Assembly: GCA_965221875.1 (NCBI GenBank)
Contig: OZ244920.1
Coordinates: 822,824 to 886,823 of the forward strand
DNA: 64,000 nucleotides
Direction of reading: 5' to 3'
Source of the DNA: Thermodesulfobacteriota bacterium
Lineage (GTDB): Bacteria > Desulfobacterota_D > UBA1144 > Nemesobacterales > Nemesobacteraceae
Shown here piece after piece: positions 46,789-55,013 of the stretch (position 1 is the stretch's first letter; each line of letters opens with the position of its first letter). A model generated the notes under the pieces. That model was not told where the DNA came from, searched no databases, and saw nothing but the letters and a program-made list of their open reading frames with translations. The position numbers and the translations under genes were made by a program.

Positions 46789-47814
46789 TCAGAGAAGTTT
46801 TGGCTGACTCTCGCTCAGGTTGAGTCCCAAGTGTCTGTAGGCGAGTTTTGTAGCCTTTCTTCCTCTGGGGGTTTTTTCTACCAGACCCTCTCTTATCAGG
46901 AAGGGTTCGTAGACGTTTTCTATCGTATCCTTGTCCTCGCTCACAGCGGCTGAAATAGTGTCTATTCCTACGGGACCCCCTCCGAATTTCTCGATTATGG
47001 CGGTGAGTATCGCCCTGTCGAGGTTGTCAAGACCCCTTGAATCTATCTCAAGCATCGAAAGTGCATCCATGACCACGGTTTCGGTTATGCGTCCGTCCGA
47101 TTTCATCTGTGCGTAGTCCCTTACCCTCTTAAGAAGCCTGTTGGCTATCCTGGGGGTTCCTCTTGCCCTCGAGGTCATCTCGTTTGCCCCTTCGTCCGTT
47201 ATTTCGACCCCAAGAATCCCTGAGGATCTTTTCACTATGCTTGAGAGTTCTTCCGTGCTGTAGTAGTCGATCCTGAGCTCAACCCCGAAGCGGGAACGGA
47301 AAGGGGAGGTGAGAAGCCCTGTTCTGGTCGTCGCTCCTATGAGGGTGAACCTGTTGAGGTTTATTTTCACCGATCTTGCCGTCGGGCCTTCTCCTATCAT
47401 GAGGTCGATTTCGAAATCCTCCATGGCGGAATAAAGATATTCCTCGACGACCCTGTTTATCCTGTGTATTTCATCAATGAAAAGCACATCCTTTTCATTG
47501 AGGTTGGTAAGCATGGAAGCGAGATCTCCAGTTCTTTCGAGAACAGGTCCCGAGGTAAGATGCAGCCCCACGCCAAGCTCGTTTGCGAATATGTGGGCGA
47601 GGGTGGTTTTTCCAAGTCCCGGGGGACCGGAGAGAAGGACGTGATCGAGGGCTTCGCCTCTTGCCTTGGCGGCGCCGATGAATATGGCGACCTGTTCCTT
47701 AACGCTCGGCTGCCCGATAAAGTCCCGAAGAAAAGCAGGACGAAGATTTACGTCCGTAAGCTCGTCTGTTTCCGTGTGTTCCGGCGAAACGGTTTTTCTT
47801 GTGTCCTGTGCCAT
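46789..47814 (-). CDS. ruvB: Holliday junction branch migration helicase RuvB
   Basis: 341 aa. Walker A is GPPGLGKTT, Walker B is VLFIDEIHR, and the sensor region is [16 protein letters not shown]. Confidence 0.95.
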   Translation of the reverse strand: MAQDTRKTVSPEHTETDELTDVNLRPAFLRDFIGQPSVKEQVAIFIGAAKARGEALDHVLLSGPPGLGKTTLAHIFANELGVGLHLTSGPVLERTGDLASMLTNLNEKDVLFIDEIHRINRVVEEYLYSAMEDFEIDLMIGEGPTARSVKINLNRFTLIGATTRTGLLTSPFRSRFGVELRIDYYSTEELSSIVKRSSGILGVEITDEGANEMTSRARGTPRIANRLLKRVRDYAQMKSDGRITETVVMDALSMLEIDSRGLDNLDRAILTAIIEKFGGGPVGIDTISAAVSEDKDTIENVYEPFLIREGLVEKTPRGRKATKLAYRHLGLNLSESQPKLL

Positions 47815-48399
47815 CTAGTTTCTGATCACTTTAAGAGAATCCCGAAGCACATTCTCTATGGAACCTGAGACCTCTATGATTTTTTTGATCTCGGGGGTTT
47901 TTTTCTCCACTTCGGCCCTCGTGTAGCCGAGATTAAGCAGCGCGGAAATCGTGTCGTCAAGCATTGTGTTTGATATCGAGGACTCTTCGTCCACCGCAAG
48001 GTCATCAAGCTTGTCCTTAAGCTCATTTACTATCTTGGTGGCGGTTTTAGTGCCGATGCCGCGGATTTTTCTTTGCGCTAAGTTCCCGTTTATTATGCAC
48101 CTTACAAGCTCTGAGGTGGAAATGTTTGAAAGCACATTCGTAGCCGCTTTCGGTCCTATGCCGGAAACGCCGATGAGTTTTTCAAAGAGTTTTTTTTCCG
48201 CTTCGGTGAGAAACCCGAACAACTCAATGCTGTTATCCCTCTGGCTTGTATGTATTTTGAGTTCAACTTCCTCCCCCACGGCTCCGAGATCGTAGTAAGT
48301 GGACAGTGGAACGGTAACGCCGTAACCGACCCCGTTTACGTCGATGATGACGGTCCCGATTTCCTTGCAAGCGATTGTGCCTCTAAGCAGATAGATCAT
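47815..48399 (-). CDS. ruvA: Holliday junction DNA-binding protein RuvA
   Basis: 194 aa. MIYLLRGTI...VIIDVNGVGYGV and HhH motifs (VSGIGPKAA, GIGTKTA). Confidence 0.9.
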   Translation of the reverse strand: MIYLLRGTIACKEIGTVIIDVNGVGYGVTVPLSTYYDLGAVGEEVELKIHTSQRDNSIELFGFLTEAEKKLFEKLIGVSGIGPKAATNVLSNISTSELVRCIINGNLAQRKIRGIGTKTATKIVNELKDKLDDLAVDEESSISNTMLDDTISALLNLGYTRAEVEKKTPEIKKIIEVSGSIENVLRDSLKVIRN

Positions 48400-48949
48400 T
48401 TACAGTGAATCTTTTTTTCCTGCGCCGGTTTCTTGCACTGCCAATAGTGCCGTCCGGCAGCCCGTATTTTGAAAGACTTAAGTGACAGATCGCGATCGCG
48501 AGTGCGTCTGACTCATCTGTGCTTTGAAATTCGCCGACTCCGAGCATGTAAGAAAGCATTTTCTGCATCTCTTCCTTGCCTGCTCTTCCTCTGCCGGTCA
48601 GGGCGAGCTTTACCCTGGTGGGTGCGTACTCGCTTACCGGAATTCCTCTCTGCGCCGCCGCCAGGATCGCTATGCCTCTTGACTGGCCGAGTTTTATGGC
48701 ACTTCTCGCGTTTTTGGCGAAAAACATTTCCTCGACCGATACGACCGAGGGAGCGTAATCGTCGATTACTCTCAGGACCCCTACATAGATATCGTTCAGC
48801 CTTTCAGGGGCGGAGTTTCCGGGTGCAGGAGTGATTGTTCCACTTGCTACGTAGCTTAACCGGTTTCCCGCGCCATCCACGATTCCGTAGCCGCAGGATC
48901 TTGATCCGGGGTCAATTCCCATGACCCTGGTGTCGGAAATTTTATCCAA
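48383..48949 (-). CDS. ruvC: crossover junction endodeoxyribonuclease RuvC
   Basis: 188 aa. [16 protein letters not shown], plus VEEMFF and [12 protein letters not shown] for the catalytic acidic residues. Confidence 0.9.
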   Translation of the reverse strand: MDKISDTRVMGIDPGSRSCGYGIVDGAGNRLSYVASGTITPAPGNSAPERLNDIYVGVLRVIDDYAPSVVSVEEMFFAKNARSAIKLGQSRGIAILAAAQRGIPVSEYAPTRVKLALTGRGRAGKEEMQKMLSYMLGVGEFQSTDESDALAIAICHLSLSKYGLPDGTIGSARNRRRKKRFTVNDLSA

Positions 48950-49688
48950 TTGCCTCGAGTAACTGCTCGTCTATATCGAAGTTGGCGTACACGTTCTGAA
49001 CATCGTCGCTGTCTTCAAGCGCTTCCATCAGTCTTATCATGTGTTCGGCGTCCCGGCCCTCGATCCTAACGTTTGTCTGCGGTATCATGGTGACTTCGGC
49101 TGATTCGTACTGGATTCCGGCGTCCGAGACCCCTCTCTTTACGACTTCGTAGTTATCCGTGGGGGTTATAACCACGATGTCGCTGTCCTCGGTGCGTACG
49201 TCGTCGGCACCCAAGTCTATCACCAGGTCGAAAAGCGTATCCTCATCAACCGAGTCTCCAGAAAACGCGATTCTTCCCTTAAGGTCGAACATCCACGCAA
49301 CGCAGCCGTTCTCCCCGAGCCCTCCGCCGTGTTTGGTGAATATCCTTCTTATTTCGGAGACGGTCCTGTTCCTGTTATCAGTAAGGGTCTTTACGTATAC
49401 TGCGCTTCCGCCGGGTCCATACCCTTCGTAAAATATCTCGTTGTAGACTACCCCCTCTATGTCCCCGGTGCCCCGTTTTACGGCCCTCTCTATCGTGTCG
49501 TTGGGCATGTTGGCACCCTTCGCAGTCGCTACAGCGGTGCGAAGACGCGGGTTGGATTCCGGATCGCCTCCTCCTTCCTTAGCGGCAACCGTAAGCTCCC
49601 TGATAAGCTTGGTGAATATCTTTCCCCGCTTGGCGTCAACTGCGGCTTTTCTGTGTTTTATGTTTGCCCATTTGGAATGACCCGCCAT
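48942..49688 (-). CDS. yebC: YebC/PmpR-family DNA-binding transcriptional regulator
   Basis: 248 aa. N-terminus is [28 protein letters not shown]. Confidence 0.9.
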   Translation of the reverse strand: MAGHSKWANIKHRKAAVDAKRGKIFTKLIRELTVAAKEGGGDPESNPRLRTAVATAKGANMPNDTIERAVKRGTGDIEGVVYNEIFYEGYGPGGSAVYVKTLTDNRNRTVSEIRRIFTKHGGGLGENGCVAWMFDLKGRIAFSGDSVDEDTLFDLVIDLGADDVRTEDSDIVVITPTDNYEVVKRGVSDAGIQYESAEVTMIPQTNVRIEGRDAEHMIRLMEALEDSDDVQNVYANFDIDEQLLEAIG

Positions 49689-49800
49689 ATTAGCTCACCC
49701 CCTTGTTTCTCCGTTTCTGCATATCCCTGCTCAAAGTATAACCGAAAATTCCCTCAAATTGCCACAGCGCTTCGAAAACCCCCAAGACGGACAGGGGGTG

Positions 49801-49810
49801 CTGCTGGGAC
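49801..49810. repeat. left copy of the 10-bp target-site duplication CTGCTGGGAC
   Basis: Identical decamer at 51901-51910. It lies immediately outside the left terminal inverted repeat. Confidence 0.8.
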
Positions 49811-51900
49811 CAAGGCTCTCTCACGCTAAGGAGAGGGGTTGGCATTATTGAAGGATGGCGGGGGTTTAAAGATATTGCTGGCTTTTTTCCATAAATGCTG
49901 TTATAAACAGTGTTTATGAGCAAGGGGTCATCATCGGTTCCAACTCCGAAGTTCGTTCTCAAGGACGTTGCCGTGAGAGTTGCGCGTTGTGACGAAGTTC
50001 CCAGATGGAACGAACTTATGAACGAGAATCACTATCTTGGGTTCAAGCAGTTTGCGGGTCGGGGTCTTCGGTACGTGGCGGAGTACGAGGGGCGATGGAT
50101 AGCGATCGCCGGATGGCAGGCGGGAGCTTTCAAGTGCGCTCCGCGGGACCGCTGGGTGGGGTGGAAGCCGGAGTGTCAGTTCCGCAATCTTCATCTCATA
50201 GGTAACAACACCCGGTTTCTGGTTCTGGGCGAGGCGGGAGAGTTTCCCAATCTGGCCTCGTACTTCATGGGGTCCATGACGAAGCGGCTGAGCGGGGACT
50301 GGGAGGAGCGTTACGGGCACGGTCTGCTTCTGGCGGAGAGTTTCGTGGACCCCAGGCATTTTTCGGGAGCTATGTACAAGGCGTCTAACTGGAAGTACGT
50401 GGGTTTAAGCAGGGGATATCCCCGGTCAAACGGAGCTTACAGGAAACCCCACGGCAACAGGAAGGAGCTGTACGTATATCCTCTGAGGCGAGGGGCCCGC
50501 GGGATGCTTCGCCGCGGCAACGCTTTGGGAGAGCGGTGGAGAGCGAAGAGGGCGGGCACCCGCAGGTCGGACGAGGCGCTGCGTTCGCTTTACGATGAAT
50601 TGCGGGAGGTGGAGGATTTCCGCAGGGCCCAGGGCAGAAAGCACAGCGTGGCGTGCGTTGTGGCTATATACATTCTCTCGTTTCTCTCGGGGATGAGGGG
50701 TGGTGACGCGGCGGCGCAGTACGCAAAGAGTCTCTCCCAGAATGAGCTTAAGGCTCTTGGGGGATGGTACAACAGGAAGACGGGCCGCTACGACGCAGTT
50801 TCAAGGGCCACTATGCACAGGGTAATAAGCCGCCTGGACCCCAGGGAGCTTGAGGAAACGCTCGCGCGTTATTCCTCCGCGCGGGTACGTTTCGGGGAGG
50901 CTGTGGCAGCAGACGGCAAACGGATACGGGGGGCCAACAGAAACGGGGATGAGCATTATGAGGTTGTAACTCTGGTGGAACATGGGAGCGGGGCGCCTCT
51001 GGGGAGTCTTAACTTCAGGGAAGAAGGCGGGGAGAGAGCAGCGGTCGCAGCTTTGCTCGAAGAAGTCTCCATAGAGGGGAGGATCATAACGCTTGACGCC
51101 CTGCATACCACGAGAAACACCGCCCGCTCCATCGTGGAGACCCATGGCGCGGACTACCTGTTCACGGTTAAGGGCAACAGTCCGCGCACTTACGAGGTGC
51201 TGAGTTCGGTGAACTGGGAGCGGGACGCCGAGAGACGTTTCGCCGAGGCGCTGAACAAGGAGCATGGGCGTATGGAGCGGCGTTCCATAGAGGTTATGGA
51301 CGCCTACAGGAGAATGATCAATTACCCTTGCGTGAAACAGGTGTTTCGGGTGAGGCGATGGCGCAAGGATATGAAGACACGGAAACAGACTGTTGAATAC
51401 GCTTTCGGGATTACGTCGGTTGACAAGCGCAGGGGCACTCCCGAACAACTGCTTGCCTGGAACAGGGGACACTGGTCAGTGGAGACCAGAAATCACCTCA
51501 TACGCGACACAACCTTCGGAGAAGACAGATGTCTCTCTCGCGTGGGCGGCGCTCCCGCCAACAACGCCGCGTGCGCCAACATAGCGCTCGCGGTTATTTT
51601 CCACAACAAGTTCAAAAGCGCGGCCGAGGCCACCAGACACTTCGCGCTGAACAGGGAAGCGGCTTTTGAAGCCCTGTTCTCACCGGGTTAGCCTGGCAGA
51701 ATATTCCCCGCCATCTTTATTTCCATAAAAATCCGGAATCTCAAGGCGACACTTCGCCGGCAAACGTCAAAAAGTACCGGTACGCGTGCCGGCAATGTCC
51801 GGGAGGGCGGCTTTCCGGCACAAACCCCTGTTCTGCGCCGACAAATTGTTTGCTCCCCGGTATCAGCTCCGCAATTCGCTTCAAGAATAAGAGAGCCTTG
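49811..51900 (+). mobile_element. ISAs1-family insertion sequence (2,090 bp) with terminal inverted repeats
   Basis: Perfect 11-bp termini CAAGGCTCTCT (49811-49821) and AGAGAGCCTTG (51890-51900), flanked by 10-bp direct repeats. It holds a single transposase ORF and looks GC-richer than the flanks. Confidence 0.8.
49910..51691 (+). CDS. ISAs1-family DDE transposase with N-terminal DUF4338-like domain
   Basis: 593 aa. The C-terminal part of about 370 aa resembles H-repeat/ISAs1 transposases (VAADGKRIRG, IITLDALHT, GADYLFTVKGN, NRGHWSVETRNH). The N-terminal part of about 195 aa has HYLGF, RGLRYVAEYEGRWIAIAGW, APRDRWVGW, LAESFVDPRHFSGAMYKASNWKYVG. An alternative ATG lies at 49916. Confidence 0.85.
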   Translation: MFMSKGSSSVPTPKFVLKDVAVRVARCDEVPRWNELMNENHYLGFKQFAGRGLRYVAEYEGRWIAIAGWQAGAFKCAPRDRWVGWKPECQFRNLHLIGNNTRFLVLGEAGEFPNLASYFMGSMTKRLSGDWEERYGHGLLLAESFVDPRHFSGAMYKASNWKYVGLSRGYPRSNGAYRKPHGNRKELYVYPLRRGARGMLRRGNALGERWRAKRAGTRRSDEALRSLYDELREVEDFRRAQGRKHSVACVVAIYILSFLSGMRGGDAAAQYAKSLSQNELKALGGWYNRKTGRYDAVSRATMHRVISRLDPRELEETLARYSSARVRFGEAVAADGKRIRGANRNGDEHYEVVTLVEHGSGAPLGSLNFREEGGERAAVAALLEEVSIEGRIITLDALHTTRNTARSIVETHGADYLFTVKGNSPRTYEVLSSVNWERDAERRFAEALNKEHGRMERRSIEVMDAYRRMINYPCVKQVFRVRRWRKDMKTRKQTVEYAFGITSVDKRRGTPEQLLAWNRGHWSVETRNHLIRDTTFGEDRCLSRVGGAPANNAACANIALAVIFHNKFKSAAEATRHFALNREAAFEALFSPG

Positions 51901-51910
51901 CTGCTGGGAC
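51901..51910. repeat. right copy of the 10-bp target-site duplication CTGCTGGGAC
   Basis: Identical to 49801-49810. It lies immediately outside the right terminal inverted repeat. Confidence 0.8.
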
Positions 51911-52082
51911 CTAAACCTATTGACATTTTTTCTCATTTGTGTATTTACTAAAGGCAGTTGTAGCCGCAGAGTCCTAGGTGTTAAGTGCACTTGTCAGGAG
52001 GGAGCGGGTTTCTCATGGAAAAGCGGTGTGGATTTTCTGCGGAGCAAAAGTCCTTTTCTGTTGGCAAGTTCGGTTTTAGATA

Positions 52083-52111
52083 TTGACAAGCTTGTTGCGT
52101 GGCAATAGTAT
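52083..52111 (+). promoter_or_regulatory. candidate sigma70 promoter for rho
   Basis: TTGACA (52083-52088), a 17-nt spacer, then TAGTAT (52106-52111). This leaves a G-poor leader of about 140 nt before the rho ATG. Confidence 0.4.
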
Positions 52112-52255
52112 TATCTGTATAAGTTGTACTGATTCTTCACTTCGAATTCTTAAACGCGCGCGATTGTCGTGCTCCTGACACTTCAAAAGATTTCGATTGT
52201 TTTTTTTGAACCGAGAAATTTAACAACAATGCCTTAATTCAAGGAGTTTCACCGT

Positions 52256-53584
52256 ATGGCAAAAGTCTCTAAAGCGGAAGCTGCAGATGCTGTCCAGAAA
52301 AAAGGGGAGCAGAAAAACGGAAACGGCAAGCTGCTTTACCTGAACGATCTCAGGGCGAAAAAGCCCTCGGACCTGATAAAACTTAGCAGGCAGGCCGGTA
52401 TTGAAGATACCGCCAGAATGGCGAAACAGGATCTTATCTATTCCTTGCTCAAGGCACAGAGTGAAAGCCATGGTTCCATAATAGCCGAGGGAGTGCTTGA
52501 AATCCTGGCCGAAGGTTATGGTTTCCTGAGATCTCCCAAATACAGCTATCTGCCGAGTCCCGATGACATATACGTTTCAAAATCCCAGATAAGATCTTTC
52601 AGCCTGAAAACCGGCGATACGATAAGAGGCCTTGTGAGGCTCCCTAGAGAAGGGGAGAAGAATCTGGCTCTTCTCAAGATAGAGGAGGCAAACTATGACT
52701 CTCCCGAGATATGCAGGCAGAGGACGCCTTTTGAGGGACTCGTTCCCCTTCATCCGGAACAGAAAATAGATCTTGAATATGAACAAGACGAATTCTGCTC
52801 AAGGGTGATGAATCTTTTCGTTCCGGTGGGGAAGGGACAGAGAGCCGTTATAGTTGCTCCTCCCCGCACCGGCAAGACCATAATAATCCAGAGAATAGCC
52901 AATGCGATAACGGAGAACCATCCTGAAATTGAGCTTTTTGTTCTGCTCATAGACGAGCGTCCGGAAGAGGTCACCGACATGCAGAGGTCGGTCAAGGGAG
53001 AAGTCGTGAGTTCGACTTTCGACGAACCGGCGCAAAGGCACATACAGGTTGCCGACATGGTGATCGAGAAGGCTAAAAGATATGTTGAGCACGGAAAGGA
53101 TGTCGTTATCCTGCTAGACAGTCTTACCAGGCTTGCAAGAGCGAGCAACACGGTGACTCCCGCGAGCGGAAAAGTGCTCTCCGGAGGAATAGAGGCAAAT
53201 GCTCTTCAGCGACCCAAGAGATTTTTCGGGGCGGCGAGAAACACCGAAGAGGGAGGAAGCCTCACAATAATAGCCACCGCCCTTATAGACACCGGAAGCC
53301 GCATGGACGAGGTTATCTTCGAGGAATTCAAGGGAACTGGAAACATGGAAGTGTACCTTGACCGCCGTCTTGCGGAGAGAAGGGTGTTTCCTGCAATAGA
53401 TCTTCAGAGGTCGGGAACCAGAAAGGAAGAGCTTCTTATCCAGGAGTCCGAGCTTAACCGCATATGGCTTCTCCGGAAAATCCTCAATCCGATGAACACC
53501 ACCGAAGCAATGGAATTTCTGCTTGACAAGCTTCGGGGAACTAAAAGCAACACGGAATTTCTGAACATGATGCACCAGCAGTAA
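52256..53584 (+). CDS. rho: transcription termination factor Rho
   Basis: 442 aa. RNA-binding GYGFLRS, Walker [16 protein letters not shown], and the C-terminus [28 protein letters not shown] upstream. Confidence 0.95.
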   Translation: MAKVSKAEAADAVQKKGEQKNGNGKLLYLNDLRAKKPSDLIKLSRQAGIEDTARMAKQDLIYSLLKAQSESHGSIIAEGVLEILAEGYGFLRSPKYSYLPSPDDIYVSKSQIRSFSLKTGDTIRGLVRLPREGEKNLALLKIEEANYDSPEICRQRTPFEGLVPLHPEQKIDLEYEQDEFCSRVMNLFVPVGKGQRAVIVAPPRTGKTIIIQRIANAITENHPEIELFVLLIDERPEEVTDMQRSVKGEVVSSTFDEPAQRHIQVADMVIEKAKRYVEHGKDVVILLDSLTRLARASNTVTPASGKVLSGGIEANALQRPKRFFGAARNTEEGGSLTIIATALIDTGSRMDEVIFEEFKGTGNMEVYLDRRLAERRVFPAIDLQRSGTRKEELLIQESELNRIWLLRKILNPMNTTEAMEFLLDKLRGTKSNTEFLNMMHQQ

Positions 53585-53694
53585 GACCGTCTGGCATCTG
53601 AAGCAGTTCACAGGAACCGCCATACTTCCACATGAATTTTCTTTCCCTTTGTTTGCGCATCCTTTCCTGAAGATGGGGGATATCTGCCCTTTTT

Positions 53695-54177
53695 TTATCG
53701 GCGCGTACTTTTGCCCACGCTCGCTTTTTGCTTGACCCTGCGTACTCTGGGTTCGGTAATTTTGCCTTTGCTCACCGTCAGGCCGCGTTCTGATAAGCAC
53801 TGCCCGGTGAGGCGGAGCAATTCTTCGGTCATTTGATGTCTCAGTAGAAAGTGGCGGAACTTGCAGATAGTGGTTTCGTCCGGAATCCTCTGCATTGAAA
53901 CTCCGGCAAAACGGCGCAAGGATTCAATATCATAAAGGCTTTCCTCCATTGCCGGGTCCGACAAGCCGTACCATTGCTGCATCAGGTAAATTCGCAGCAT
54001 AACCTTGGCCGGAATAGGTCGTCGTCCCTTACGCGACTTCGGATATTTGCTTAGTACAGGTTCAAGCAGCAGTTTCCACGGCAGTATCTCATCCATTTTT
54101 TCAAGGAACCGCTGTTTGCGGGTTACTTTCTTTTTGTTTTTGTAGGCTAAATCAGAAAAACTGGGCTTGTTCGGCAT
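53695..54177 (-). pseudogene. IS5-family transposase, N-terminal fragment only (DUF772-type); DDE domain missing
   Basis: 160 aa. FSDLAYKNKKKVTRKQRFLEKMDEILPW...AKVMLRIYLMQQWYGLSDPAMEESLYDIESLRRFAG...IPDETTICKFRHFL is the typical IS5/InsH N-terminal domain. The ORF ends where the catalytic domain should begin, and only about 110 bp remain before the rho stop. Confidence 0.75.
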
Positions 54178-54293
54178 TACCCCTGTCCTCGCTTCTCTGT
54201 AATACTATACCACAGCGACTCGATTGAGATTTATCGCATTGAGTTAGGCCTTTAAATCGTAGATACTTAAGCCCTAACGTCTGGTGATAAAGT

Positions 54294-55013
54294 ATGAGCA
54301 AACCCGCGGACATGCCGTTTGACTTAAGCGAGAAAGGAAGAGAGGGCGAGTCTCTTGACAGAAGGCTTTTTATGCAGTTTCTGGCTTTCGGGGGTATCGA
54401 CCCCGTGTCTGAATCCCTGTTGATTCGCGATCTTGAAAATTCTTCTTTGACGGCGGTTCTTTATTCGGACATGAATGATTACGAAGGCGCGGGCCTTCTG
54501 ATCATAAACGAGACACCCGAATTTTTCGTTACGGAACTCAGGCAGTTTCTCTCCGGCTCCTCTTTTGCCCGGCTTAAGCCGAAGCCTGAGTACACGATGC
54601 TCGGAAGGACCTACTCGCTCGGCTATGAAAAAGACCTCGAAAGAACGCTGATTTCAGTCCCGAAGCAGAAGATCTTTGACCTGGAACTTGCGTGGGCCAT
54701 CTGGTATCCGCTCAGGAGAGCAAAGGCTTTTGAAACCCTCCCTCCCGAGGAGCAAAGAGCTGTTCTCGGGGAACACGGCAAGATAGGGTTTCAGTTCGGG
54801 GACGCGGGATATGCAAAGGACATCCGTCTTGCGAGCCACGGCCTTGATAAAAACGACAATGATTTCGTGATAGGGATTCTGGGCAGGGATCTCTATCCGC
54901 TTTCCGCACTGGTGGAGAGGATGAGGAAGACGCAGCAGACTTCGAAGTATCTTGAAAGCCTGGGGCCGTTCTTTATCGGCAAGAAACTGTTTTCAACCGG
55001 ACAGGCCACATGA
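54294..55013 (+). CDS. chlorite dismutase (Cld/HemQ) family protein
   Basis: 239 aa. AWAIWYPLRR, RAVLGEHGKIG (candidate proximal His) and HGLDKNDNDFVIGILG...LVERMRKTQQTSKY fit the Cld-family C-terminal ferredoxin-like domain. Confidence 0.75.
   Translation: MSKPADMPFDLSEKGREGESLDRRLFMQFLAFGGIDPVSESLLIRDLENSSLTAVLYSDMNDYEGAGLLIINETPEFFVTELRQFLSGSSFARLKPKPEYTMLGRTYSLGYEKDLERTLISVPKQKIFDLELAWAIWYPLRRAKAFETLPPEEQRAVLGEHGKIGFQFGDAGYAKDIRLASHGLDKNDNDFVIGILGRDLYPLSALVERMRKTQQTSKYLESLGPFFIGKKLFSTGQAT

Noticed and set aside
50801-51472. 223-aa minus-strand ORF inside the IS element
   Set aside because: It is antisense to the transposase catalytic domain. GC-rich DNA commonly opens such frames. No motif is present.
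53114-53800. 228-aa minus-strand ORF
   Set aside because: Most of it is antisense to the rho 3' half. Only its first 50 codons or so overlap the IS5 remnant, where they may represent a frameshifted piece of the decayed transposase rather than a gene.
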